Assembly (NCBI GenBank): GCA_964016885.1
Contig: OZ024746.1
Span: 434,001 to 498,000 of the forward strand
Length of the DNA: 64,000 bases
From: Eledone cirrhosa
Taxonomy: Eukaryota
Direction: 5' to 3'
The notes beneath the pieces are model-generated. The model saw only the letters and a list, made by a program, of their open reading frames with translations, was not told where the DNA came from and ran no database searches. Position 1 is the first letter of the stretch. Each line of letters starts with the position of its first letter. Shown here one piece after another: positions 50,674-64,000 of the stretch. The position numbers and the translations under genes were made by a program.

Positions 50674-52648
50674 TACAGAGTGTACTGGGTGTATTTTATC
50701 ATGATAGAAACACTACCACTTTACAGAGTGTACTGGGTGTATTTTATCATGATAGCAACACTACCACTTTACAGAGTGTACTGGGTGTATTTTATCATGA
50801 TAGCAACACTACCACTTTACAGAGTGTACTAGGTGTATTTTATCATGATAACAACACTACCACTTTACAAAGTGTACTGGGTGCATTTTATCATGATAGC
50901 AACACTACCACTTTACAGAGTGTACTGGGTGTATTTTATCATGATAGCAACACTACCACTTTACAGAGTGTACTAGGTGTATTTTATCATGATAACAACA
51001 CTACCACTTTACAGAGTGTACTGGGTGTATTTTATCATGATAGCAACACTACCACTTTACAGAGTGTACTAGGTGTATTTTATCATGATAACAACACTAC
51101 CACTTTACAGAGTGTACTGGGTGTATTTTATCATGATAGCAACACTACCACTTTACAGAGTGTACTAGGTGTATTTTATCATGATAACAACACTACCACT
51201 TTACAGAGTGTACTGGGTGTATTTTATCATGATAACAACACTACCACTTTACAGAGTGTACTGGGTGTATTTTATCATGACACCAACACTACCACTTTAC
51301 AGAGTGTACTGGGTGTATTTTATCATGATAACAACACTACCACTTTACAGAGTGTACTGGGTGTATTTTATCATGATAGCAACACGACCACATTACAAAG
51401 TGTACTGGGTGTATTTTATCATGACACCAACACTACCACTTTACAGAGTGTACTGGGTGTATTTTATCATGACACCAACACTACCACTTTACAGAGTGTA
51501 CTGGGTGTATTTTATCATGATAACAACACTACCACTTTACAGAGTGTACTGGGTGTATTTTATCATGACACCAACACTACCACTTTACAGAGTGTACTGG
51601 GTGTATTTTATCATGATAACAACACTACCACTTTACAGAGTGTACTGGGTGTATTTTATCATGATAGCAACACTACCACATTACAAAGTGTACTGGGTGT
51701 ATTTTATCATGACACCAACACTACCACTTTACAGAGTGTACTGGGTGTATTTTATCATGACACCAACACTACCACTTTACAGAGTGTACTGGGTGTATTT
51801 TATCATGATAACAACACTACCACTTTACAGAGTCTACTGGGTGTATTTTATCATGACACCAACACTACCACTTTACAGAGTGTACTGGGTGTATTTTATC
51901 ATGATAACAACACTACCACTTTACAGAGTGTACTGGGTGTATTTTATCATGACACCAACACTACCACTTTACAGAGTGTACTGGGTGTATTTTATCATGA
52001 TAACAACACTACCACTTTACAGAGTGTACTGGGTGTATTTTATCATGATAGCAACACTACCACATTACAAAGTGTACTGGGTGTATTTTATCATGACACC
52101 AACACTACCACTTTACAGAGTGTACTGGGTGTATTTTATCATGACACCAACACTACCACTTTACAGAGTGTACTGGGTGTATTTTATCATGATAACAACA
52201 CTACCACTTTACAGAGTGTACTGGGTGTATTTTATCATGACACCAACACTACCACTTTACAGAGTGTACTGGGTGTATTTTATCATGATAACAACACTAC
52301 CACTTTACAGAGTGTACTGGGTGTATTTTATCATGATAGCAACACTACCACATTACAAAGTGTACTGGGTGTATTTTATCATGACACCAACACTACCACT
52401 TTACAGAGTGTACTGGGTGTATTTTATCATGACACCAACACTACCACTTTACAGAGTGTACTGGGTGTATTTTATCATGATAACAACACTACCACTTTAC
52501 AGAGTGTACTGGGTGTATTTTATCATGACACCAACACTACCACTTTACAGAGTGTACTGGGTGTATTTTATCATGATAGCAACACTACCACTTTACAGAG
52601 TGTACTGGGTGTATTTTATCATGACTCCAACACTACCACTTTACAGAG
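50674..52648. repeat. 48 bp minisatellite (~41 units)
   Basis: TTACAGAGTGTACTGGGTGTATTTTATCATGATAGCAACACTACCACT. Confidence 0.98.
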
Positions 52649-52944
52649 GTGTGCCAATATGTCATTGATAGTCTTATAATTATTGTTTTACTCTTGTGTT
52701 TATTGAGAGTATTGATCTTATAACAATCAATATGGCAATGGGCAATCATCCAAGTGGTTCACAGCTCATAGTGTATATCACTACGGTTACATGATGTCCT
52801 TGAACAAGATATTCAACTCTGAACTCTCATGAAAGAGCACTTAGTTTTATCATGAGTTAGATTTAAACCTTTTGATGTCAAGCCACCTGAAACTGCCCTT
52901 GGTTCTATTATACAAAACTGTTCAATCTAAGGTATATATATATT

Positions 52945-54101
52945 TACGGTGGATGAACTTCATCCACCGTATGGAGTTCTCTGGTTACAGCCAGAGAGAT
53001 AAGATCAGAGTATATAGAGGGGCCAGAACCAAATGGGAAAAAAATGGTAAATAATGACACAAATGAGACCTGCCCCTTGTATAGGAGCAAATTTTGGAAT
53101 TGAATAGAAAGAACTAGGAATAAGGTTAATAGAATAAACTCATGGTATGATAGCAATAAATACCAGAGTGTAATGTTCATCGATACAACCACTAGAGGTG
53201 AATTAGCTTACAAATTCAGAAGGGCCCTAGATAAACATAAACTCAATATTAAGATAGTAGAAAGACCAGGTACCTCCATAAAAACACTTATTAGCAATAC
53301 ATACCCTTTTCAAAGACCTTCCTGTATAGATAAGAAATGTATAATCTGTAAAATAAGCCCCTATATTAACTGTAAAACTAGAAACATAGTATATAGCATA
53401 AGATGTACTGAAGGACAATGTAAAGATAAGAATATAGTGTACATAGGTGAGGCAGCTCGTAGTATAGGGGAACGGTTAAATTAACACTGGCGAGAGCTTC
53501 AAGATAGTAAAGAATCATCTGTACTCTACCAACATACTAAAATAGAACATAAGGGTAAATTAAAGAACATAGAAATAAAAATAGAATCTACACACAGAAA
53601 AGACGCAATGTTTAGACAAATCACAGAGGCAATAAACATAAATGAACTCCAACCAAAATTAAATAGAAAGCATGAATGGAATAGCAACATCACAACTTAC
53701 AATTAAGGACAAAATGAAAACACACACACACATAGAACAAACAACCAACCAGTAACATGTAAACAAACAAATAAATAAACAAATATAAACACACACAGAC
53801 ACCCGGATGTAACACATGCGCAAACTAAGCACACAACACACACAAAAACAAGATGGTGTAGGACAGAACAAAGGAGAGGCACAAAAACAAAGAAAAGAAT
53901 CCCCAGTCCCTGAAGAGATCACAGAATGTGTGACGAAAGAACTTTGACAATATATGAACAATCGTCTGGTTGTGGAACCAACCAACTGGATATTTATAAA
54001 TTCCTAAATTTATAAATTTAATTTATAATAAATTGAAGTGAAAGCAACTGATGCGTGTGTTTCTTATTGGCAACATGACCCCCCCCCCCAAGTATAACAA
54101 T
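52945..54101 (+). mobile_element. Penelope-like element 3' part: Cys-rich linker, GIY-YIG endonuclease, terminal repeat (Neptune-like)
   Basis: C-x4-C-x2-C...C, NIVYSIRC, VYIGEAARSIGERL*H, H...H, RQITEA.NI, LN.K.EW; two premature stops. Confidence 0.9.
53906..53948 (+). ncRNA. Minimal type I hammerhead ribozyme motif
   Basis: GTCC-CTGAAGA-GATCACA gaatg TGTGAC-GAAA-GAAC-TT-TGAC. Confidence 0.7.
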
Positions 54102-54110
54102 ATATATATA

Positions 54111-54167
<57 letters not shown>

Positions 54168-54169
<2 letters not shown>

Positions 54170-54502
54170 AGGCACATGGCTTAGTGGTTAGAGCATTGGC
54201 CTTGCAATCGAAAGGTTGTGAGTTCAATTCTCAGACTGAGTGATGTGTTGTTTCCTTGAGCAAGACACTTTATTTCACATTGCTCCAGTTTACTCAGCTG
54301 TAGAAATGAGATGATAGGGACTGGGGTCCATATCATTCCACTGCAAAGTGGTCGTGGAGGTGCCATGACAAAAAAGCAGCAAGCACTCATTGTAAATGAG
54401 GTTGGTGTTAGGAAGGGCATCCAGCTGTAGAAATCAAGCCAGAATCAGTTCCTGTCCCACCCTTGCAAGCAGGGAAAAAGTGGACGTAAAATGAAATGAT
54501 GA
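54168..54502 (+). mobile_element. tRNA/CORE-like SINE with RTE tail
   Basis: Third copy of the family. Confidence 0.9.
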
Positions 54503-54617
54503 TATATATATATAAATATAACAATTCCCTTGAAATTTTATGTAAGAACGCATGTTTAGTTATGTTCCAAACACCAGCTTAATGAGAAAGTTATGTAAAT
54601 ATAATTCTCTCTCTCTG

Positions 54618-54676
<59 letters not shown>

Positions 54677-55368
54677 GTGGGAAGGGATGAAATAGATTTG
54701 TATTACCAATATCAAATATTGTAATGAATTCTTTATCTAGGAAGACATTTTCAAAACCAAAACTGAGCTCAAGTTTCACAGAATTAAGATATGAAATAAA
54801 TCTCTCACACCTGGATAGGATAAAATCTATCGCAGTAACTTCCCAAAGTTATCTGGTACATTTTTTCTTGACAGCTAGGAGAACTAATAAACACACAATA
54901 CACTCTGTAGTGGGTAGTGCTGGTGTTTTGATACGCTACACTCTATAAGGTGGTCAGCTTTAGGAGGGTCATCCAGTTGTAGGAATCATGCCAAAATATA
55001 GAAGGTAAGAGTGAAGACAACCAGTCTAGCCTTGGGCAATAACAATGACCTTTCCAAACCATGTCAGCATGGAAATTATCATCATCATCATCATCGCTTT
55101 TACGTCCGCTTTTCAACGCTTGCATGGGTTGACGGGTCTTTCTCAGCATCTCCTCTGTGAGTTTCAGCAATTTGTGGTCAGCTTTCACCACCTCTACCCA
55201 ATTCTTTCTTGGTCTACCTCTACTGCAGTTTCCTTCCACTCTCATTTCCTGCCACTCACCCATCAGTATCATCCATGTACATTACATGTCTGAACTAACA
55301 CAGTCTTCTTTCCTGCACACCATGAAGAGTGGACATAAAATGATGATATGAAGGTGATGAAGATAACT

Positions 55369-55673
55369 CCAGGATGACCCAAGCCTGTGGCCCCAGGATG
55401 GCCCAAGCTTGTGGCCCCAGGATGACCCAAGCCTGTGACCCCAGAATGGCCCAAGCCTGTGGCCCCAGGATGACCCAAGCCTGTGGCCCCAGGATGACCC
55501 AAGCCTGTGACCCCAGGATGGCCCAAGCCTGTGACCCCAGGATGGCCCAAGCCTGTAGCCCCAGAATGACCCAAGCCTGTGGGCCCAGAATGACCCAAGC
55601 CTGTGGCCCCAGGATGACCCAAGCCTGTGGCCCCAGGATGTCCCAAGCCTGTGGCCCCAGGATGTCCCAAGCC
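55369..55673. repeat. 24 bp GC-rich minisatellite (~12-13 units)
   Basis: (CCAGGATGACCCAAGCCTGTGGCC)n. Confidence 0.96.
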
Positions 55674-57064
55674 TTGTGAATGAAATTTGTGTAGCAGGTA
55701 ACTGTTTATAAATGGGACTCTAACTCTAAATCTAAAGAGTTAACCTTGTCACACTAATACATGCTGAATCTCCCTGAGAATTACGTTAAGGGTACACACA
55801 CACATGACTGTGGAATACTCAGTCCTCTTGCCTGTTAATTTCATGAGCCGGCTGTTCCATTGTTTAAACAACTGGAACACTCATCGTGGTAACTGGTGGA
55901 GATCCACTACACTATTCCATCTCCACAATGTTACAACTTAGTAGGCCAATATCAAAACTGACCCACTTTGAATCTGCCATCAATACTCAGTCAATAAGAT
56001 TATTGATCCCAGAGCTAAGTACAAAGCTTGATATCTAAAAAGAGAGAAACTGGATGTGTTATTGTAACAGTCTCTTTTCAAGGGTATTAACAAGGTAAGG
56101 AGTATGAGATAACTGTAACCCTTTTATTACCAGGTTTCTAAAAATATATAAAAACATTTTGAAACTCCACTGCCCATGATTTTCAAATCATTTCAAATTT
56201 GGTGGGATTTAGCAACAAAGCTAACTTTTTTTCCTACATAAAAAATGGAACGTTTTTAGATAAATATAAACACTTCAAAACAAAAGTTTTGTATTGTTGA
56301 ACCAGGGGTGTTTGGAACATAACTCAACAGAGGTTCTTACATAAAATTATGATCGAACATTTTTAGATAAATATAAACAGTTTAAAACAAACAGTTTCAT
56401 ATTGTAGAACCAGGGGCTGTTTCATGTGAAAAGGGTTTAAAAGAGGGAATATGGTTATGTAACATTCTCAAGGACATTAATAATGCAAGGAAATAAGTTA
56501 AAATTAGATCACACATGTGACTCACCTACAATCTTATTACATCAATATTGGTCTCTTCTGGTGTATGTTGATATATACATGGATTGGCTGTGTGTGTTGA
56601 TATGGGTATGTATGTATATGTCCATGGATTGGCTGTGTGTGTGTATGTATAGATGTGTGTATGCAGTATATATATATGTGTGTGTGTGCATACATGTGTG
56701 TGTTTTATTGTTTTAATCAAGAAGGACAGTGCCTATGGCCCTTTACTGGCTGGGTTAGGGGGAGATGGAGGGAAGGGGGAGGAAGGAACAGAGAAGAGGG
56801 GGGTGATGAGAAAGGGAGGGAGGAAAGAAAGAAGTGAGGTATGATCAAACTGAATATCTGACCCCAAAGATCTGCAGTATAAGATGAAGGTATTTTTGTT
56901 TTAAAGGATTAAACTAATAAAGAGGAAAAGGGAAAATAATGTATCCCAGTAAAGTGACCCCAAGGCCAGGTGGAGGGATTACACCTGCTGATAGATTATC
57001 TCTACCACCTAAATTTAGTTGTGAGGATGTGTTTGTGTGTGTGAGTGTGTGCATATGTATATAT

Positions 57065-58257
57065 ATTCCGAACATGGAAGCAGGGACTAGAAAGAAAGGG
57101 TCTCAATGTCAACCTGACAAAGACTAAGGTTCTCGTAAGTAGACGGGAAAACAGAACCCAGTTCCCCTCAGGAAAATGGCCTTTCTTAGTATGTAGGAAA
57201 GGTGTAGGTAGGAATTCCATTCTCTGCCCCAAATGCAAAAATGGGTACACAAGAGATGTAGTGGGATCTCAGGAAGTTTAGCTAAGAATGTAGGCTTCAC
57301 ATGTAACAGCTGTGCTGGGGCAGCAAGCAGCAAACAGCCACAGGAAACAAGTACCACCAAACTCTGGGAGGGCTCTGTAGAAACAGTAGACAGCTTCTGC
57401 TACCTAGTTGACCGAATTAGCAGCGGAGGTGGGTGATCGGAAAGTACAATAACTAGGGTAAGAACAGGATGGAAGAAGTTCAGGGAGCTACTGCCACTGC
57501 TAGCTGCAAAAGGCTTTTCCTTCAAAATGAAAGGCAGACTGTATGATGCGTGTATACGAACAGCAATGTTACATGGTAGTAAGACCTGGGCACTGACTGT
57601 GGAAGACTTGCATAGATTAGAAAGAAACGAAGCCTGCATGCTCCGATGGATGTGTAATAGTAATATACGCGAACGGCAAAGCATAAATGAATTAAGAGAA
57701 AGACTGAGCATAAGAGGAATCAAATGCTGTGTGCAGAAGAGGAGGTTGCGTTGGTATGGACATGTGATGCGTATGAAGGATGACAGCTGCATAAAAAGAT
57801 GCAGAGCACTAGAAGTCGATGGAAGCCATGGGATTAGGTGATAAAAGCTGACCTTGCCCAATTGCACCTCTCAAAGGCGATGACACACGACTGTGACCTC
57901 TGGCGTCACTCAGTAATACAGAAGGCCTGAGTTCCCACGGGTACAAGCCGAAGCTGAAGCATATAGACAATATGCTCCCATGCCCCTCCCAATGTAAAGT
58001 GGTCGTGGAGGTACCACGATAAAAAGCACCCAGCCCACACTGTAAAGTGGTCATGTAGGTGCCACAGTAAAAAAGCACCCAGTACTCACTGTAAATAAGG
58101 TTGGTGTTAGGAAGGGCATCCAGCTGTAGAAACCGAGCCAAAATCAGTTCTGTATGAGCAAGACATGGTCACCTGACCTGGCATTATCCACAACAGGACA
58201 ACCCGTCTAACCCATGCTAGCGTGGAAACATAGACGTAAAACAGTGATGATGATGAT
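57065..58257 (+). mobile_element. 5'-truncated RTE LINE, family A, decayed
   Basis: Homologous to 5746-6989; frameshifts and stops; TGA tail. Confidence 0.93.
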
Positions 58258-59994
58258 TCATTTTATTAAGGCTAAATAGTGAGTCTTGTTACAGGGTCAT
58301 CAGTTATTCTCCAAACACCAGCTTAGTAATGAGAAAGATAGTTATGTATGAACCTTTGTTAAGTTATGCTCCAAACAGCAGCTCAATGAAAAAGTCAGTT
58401 TTCATTGCTAAATAGTTTTAAGTGCTTGATCATTTTCACAATGATTTGCAAATCATAATCAGTGTTTTTCACTAGAAATATCATAATGAAAGGGTTAACC
58501 CTTTTGATGTGGATCCAGCCTCTAAACTAAAACCCCATATCTGGCCAGACTTTCCAATAACATGGCTCCACTATGAGTAAGTCTTATCGCAGCCACCTGG
58601 CCAGACCTCCCTCATAGTGGTGACACTCAGCTTCCAAAATATAGTTCCATTGTGAGCAGGGTACAACATCACCTGTCCCTCTTCATAACAGTGCCATCTA
58701 GTTCCACACTGTAAATGTGACTGGTGTTAGGAAGAGCATCCAGTTGTAAAAACCCGGTCAAATATACAGTTCCGTCTGAGCAAGTTATGATGCAGACAAC
58801 TAGCCAGACTTGTCTTATGAGATGGACAACCAATCTAACACATGCAATGTTGGAAAATGGATGTTGCTGATGATGATATATATATATATATTAGACAACT
58901 GTCTTTCTCAAGCCCAGGCTCATCATGTGGAGAATAACTTGAGCAGCTCGTTTGATGGTTCTTCCCACTTAATACACAGACAGACATATTCAAGCCAACC
59001 ATTGCCACTTTAATACATTATTATATTATTTCTTATTACTGGAATGTGGTATTTAGGTATTTCACACACTCTGTTTCTGTGTCATGTTTAGTAGTGTATA
59101 TTAGTATATATATATATATATATCATCACCATCATCATCATCATAATCATTGTTTTTACATCTATTTTTTTTTCCACGTTTGGATGGGTCCTTCTCAGCA
59201 TCTTGCTACTTTCTTCGTCATCTCCTCTAGTCCCCACCCAGGCTGGCTGTAAGGTCAATAGCTCTGATTAAGTATTCAGTTGGTCTGTCATGACCCATCT
59301 CTTGGACATTAAATGATGATCATATATATACATGTGTGTATATATATACATATATATATGTGTGTGTGTGTATATAAATATATATATATAATGTATGGTG
59401 GCTGCCAACTCGTTTTCGAGTACGGCCACTACTTTATATCCATGTAGGAGAACCCCTACCGATGCGCTGAACGAGTGTGACTTTTTAGTCCAACCAGCGA
59501 CTTGAAAACTCTGGTACAAACACTACACTTGAGCCAATTATTGACACATAGTGCTGGGCCCATGGTACCATGTGACGACAAGTGCAGAGAGATCTCCAGA
59601 TATAAAGCAATGCCTGTGCCATGAAGCTTTTATAGTGAGCAAAGGCACTGCACAAAGCCAGTCTCTTAACCAAGATGATATTTACCAAAAAGAAGAACAA
59701 GTCAACATCATTGGATACCATCAGGTGTTATATCAGAGTTTTCCTACTCCTAGAAGTCTGCCATGACAAAGGCTAAGGGGTCATCTCGCCCGCTGATTTT
59801 GGATGGCCATTGACTCTTAAGAGCTCCTTTGCCCTTTGACAGGTTTTGTTTTTAGTCCTGCAGGATGTCCAAAGTCACCCTCCTCACCAAGAAACCTTGG
59901 TGGGGTTGCCAGTTTAGTCGCCAACGACCCGACCATGAGACAGGTTGTACTGGGATACATGTTACCAGTAGCACCAACTGGTGACCTGACCATA

Positions 59995-61940
59995 TAATGT
60001 ATATAGTGTATATATATAGTGTATATATATAGTGTATATATAGTGTATATATATATTGTATATATATAGTGTATATATAGTGTATATATATAGTGTATAT
60101 ATAGTGTATATATATAGTGTATATATATAGTATATATATAGTCTATATATATAGTGTATATATATATAGTGTATATATAGTGTATATATATAGTGTATAT
60201 ATAGTATATATATAGTGTATATATATTGTGTATATATAGTGTATATATATAGTGTATATATATAGTGTGTATATAGTGTATATATATAGTGTATATATAG
60301 TGTATATATATAGTGTATATATAGTGTATATATATAGTGTATATAGAGAGTGTATATATAGTGTATATATATAGTGTGTATATAGTATATAATAGTGTAT
60401 ATATAGTGTATATATAGTGTATATATATAGTGTATATATAGTGTATATATAGTGTATATATATATAATGTATATATATATATAGTGTGTATATATAGTGT
60501 ATATATATAGTGTATATATAGTGTATATATATATAATGTATATATAGTGTATATATATAGTGTATATATATAGTGTGTATATAGTGTATATATAGAGTAT
60601 ATATAGTGTATATATAGTGTATCTATAGTTTATATATATATAGTGTATATATAGAGTATATATAGTGTATATATATATAGTGTATATATATAGTGTATAT
60701 ATAGTGTATATATAGTGTATATATAGAGTATATATAATGTATATATATATAGTGTATATATATATATAGTGTATATATAGTGTGTATATAGTGTATATAT
60801 AGTGTATATATATAGTGTATATATATAGTGTATATATAGTGTATATATATAGTGTATATATATATAGTGTATATATATAGTGTGTATATATAGTGTATAT
60901 ATAGTGTATATATATAGTGTATATATATAGTGTATATATAGTGTATATATATAGTGTATATATAGTGTATATATATAGTGTATATATATAGTGTATATAT
61001 AGTGTATATATATATAGTGTATATATATAGTGTGTATATATAGTGTATATATATAGTGTATATATAGTGTATATATATAGTGTATATATAGTGTATATAT
61101 ATAGTGTATATATAGTGTATATATATATAGTGTTATATATAGTGTATATATATAGTGTACATATATAGTGTATATATATATATATAGTGTTATATATAGT
61201 GTATATATATAGTGTACATATATAGTGTATATATATATATATAGTGTATATATATAGTGTATATATATAGTGTATATATAGTGTATATATATAGTGTATA
61301 TATAGTGTATATATATAGTGTATATATAGTGTATATATGTAGTGTATATATATAGTGTATATATAGTGTATATATATAGTGTATATATATAGTGTATATA
61401 TAGTGTATATATAGTGTATATATATAGTGTATATATATAGTGTATATATAGTGTATATATAGTGTATATATATAGTGTATATATATAGTGTATATATAGT
61501 GTATATATATAGTGTATATATATAGTGTATATATATAGTGTATATATATAGTGTATATATATAGTGTATATATATAGTGTATATATATAGTGTATATATA
61601 TAGTGTATATATATAGTGTATATATATAGTGTATATATATAGTGTATATATATAGTGTATATATATAGTGTATATATAGTGTATATATAGTGTATATATA
61701 TAGTGTATATATAGTGTATATATAGTGTATATATATAGTGTATATATAGTGTATATATATAGTGTATATATAGTGTATATATATAGTGTATATATAGTGT
61801 ATATATATAGTGTATATATAGTGTATATATATAGTGTATATATAGTGTATATATATAGTGTATATATAGTGTATATATATAGTGTATATATAGTGTATAT
61901 ATATAGTGTATATATAGTGTATATATATAGTGTATATATA
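59995..61940. repeat. AGTG(TA)n compound microsatellite
   Basis: Direct inspection; 11/13 bp units. Confidence 0.99.
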
Positions 61941-62029
61941 TACATCGCCATTCTTACACACACGCACACGCTCCTTCTCTGACACACTTTGCTTCTCTCA
62001 AATTTTATCAGTTACTTCCGTCTTGTGGA

Positions 62030-62410
62030 TACGCACACACATACACACACACACATACACACACACACACATACACACACACACATACACACACACATAT
62101 ACACACACATACACATGCATATACACACTCACATACATACACACATACACACACATATACACATACACACATACATACACACACACATATACACACACAT
62201 ATACACACACACATACACACATACACACATACACACACATACACACACACACATACACACAGATATTTACACACATACACACATCCGTTCACACACATAC
62301 ACATCCTTTCACACACATACGCACACACACACACAGTCACACATCCTTTCATACACACACACATCCTTTCATACATACATACATCCTTCTATATCCACAC
62401 ACACACACAT
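62030..62410. repeat. (CA)n/(CATA)n microsatellite
   Basis: Direct inspection. Confidence 0.97.
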
Positions 62411-62542
62411 GTCCTCATCTCCACATTGGTTGGTGTTAGTGTCATGATAAACTACACTTGGTACTCTCAGTAAAATGGCTGATGTTAAGGAAACCCTAGC
62501 AAAGCTGCAACTTATTTAAATATGTTGTTAGTGTTGGGAAAT

Positions 62543-62986
62543 ATCTGGTCTGTAACAAGTTCATCTTGTCTGTAACATGTACATCTGGTCTGTAAAAAGT
62601 ACATCTTGTCTGTAACAATTACATCTGATCTGTAACAAGTACATCTGCTCTGTAACAAGTACACCTTGTCTGTAACAATTACATCTGATCTGTAACCAGT
62701 TCATCTTGTCTGTAACAATTACATCTGATCTCTAACAAGTACATCTGATCTGTAACAAGTACATCTGATCTGTAACAAGTTCATCTTGTCTGTAACAAGT
62801 TAATCTTGTCTGTACAAGTTCATCTGTGCTCTGTAACAAGTTCATCTTGTCTGTAACAATTACATCTGATCTGTAACAATGTAACAAGTAAATCTGGTCT
62901 ATAACCAGTACATCTGGTCTATAACCAGTATATCTGGTCTATAACCAGTACATCTGGTCTATAACCAGTACATCTGGTCTATAACA
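62543..62986. repeat. 20 bp minisatellite
   Basis: (TGTAACAAGTACATCTGATC)n. Confidence 0.95.
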
Positions 62987-64000
62987 ACCATCCAGTTCTT
63001 TGGAAAAGTGAAAATAAAATAATAGTTTCTACTAGAAAATATGTTTGGTGATAGGAAGAACATCCAGTCATAGAAAACTTGTCAGACAAATGGTCAAAGG
63101 ACTCTTCAGCTGGGTAAGACATGACAACATTCCTTGTGTTGGTGTGATAATAAAATACACTCAGTACACTCTGTAAAGTTGTTAGTGATAGGAAGGATAT
63201 CCAGTCATAGAAAACTTACCAAAACAAACAAAGGTTCAAGAGGATTCTTCAGTTTGGTAAAAGATAATCTCGTTATTACTGGTGCCACAATAAAATACAC
63301 CCAGCACACTCTGCAAGAATGTGAGAATATGTGTAAGCAAGATGTGGGCCCCACACCCTTTGCTTCAGCTGGTCTGAGAGGTCCACTAGCTCTCATTAAG
63401 TAATGACTTGGTCTGTGACAACCCAACCAAGACTTGCTAGCAAGGAAAATAGATGTTAAATGATGATGATGATGTTTGTTAGGCCAGTGCTTATCCTAGT
63501 TTCATGACGTGAAGTGTCTGAGAACCCACAACATTATGGGTGTATGTTCACCACCCTTACCATTAAGCCACACACCTCTTCTAAAGAGGATGATGGAAAT
63601 AAATCTATTTTTCAGTGTAATATAAAATGATTTTGTTACTATTCGATTATGAAATATGGAAGTATTTTTTCCTATATAATGAAAGAAAAAAAATTCCTCT
63701 TGATCTATGTTGTAACTAAAAATGGTACTTTGCAATTTAGTATAGGAATTCAAGACTTTTACTTCTTATGATCAGAGAATTATTGATTTTGACTATTCAG
63801 CAGGAAAATATTTGCCTCTGATGTTGAAGAAATTCAAGAAAATAAAAAGAAAAAAAACACAGAAACACACAAATAATGAACTGAATTTTTATTGATTTGT
63901 ATTTTTTTGAGAAGTTGCGCTACAAATAATATATGTCTTTATATATGATTACACGTTCTTACATATGAAAGAACAAATTTAATGTAGAAACGATGTGTTG

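Noticed and set aside
50655-52679. 674-aa and 499-aa repeat ORFs
   Set aside because: 48-bp satellite open in two frames; TE-derived.
55269-55679. Collagen/elastin-like GHPGATGL protein
   Set aside because: 24-bp minisatellite, not Gly-X-Y periodic, and open on both strands.
60630-62447. Y/I/H/T-rich ORFs
   Set aside because: Microsatellite translations.
63801-63876. Possible plus-strand terminal exon (KIFASDVEEIQENKKKKNTETHK*)
   Set aside because: Acceptor-like site only; no recognisable homology or linked upstream coding exon.

Overview
AT-rich, repeat-dense animal genomic DNA, not prokaryotic. The SINE motifs, RTE load and (TA)n abundance suggest an octopod cephalopod (inference). One host gene is supported: the first two coding exons of a minus-strand Rab11-family-interacting protein 3/4 (nuf-like) gene. 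Exon 1 is at 38668-38823 and exon 2, which the ORF track misses, is at 12972-13071. They are separated by a 25.6 kb intron, and a CpG/CRE/ETS-rich promoter lies at about 39 kb. The rest is truncated or decayed mobile DNA: at least three RTE LINE families with a PHD-type finger after the RT, a CR1 3' end, two Penelope-like fragments, CRE-type endonuclease relics, Helitron pieces, tRNA-derived SINEs, piggyBac-like and Tc1-like MITEs, and many mini/microsatellites. The long repetitive ORFs are satellite artefacts. Most notable: minimal hammerhead ribozyme motifs in Penelope-type terminal repeats; an unclassified (TA)n-embedded fold-back family with co-varying arms; satellites born from transposon ends; a SINE with a chimeric two-LINE tail; and inverted LINE copies bracketing exon 2. 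No complete new biological system is demonstrable from the sequence alone.
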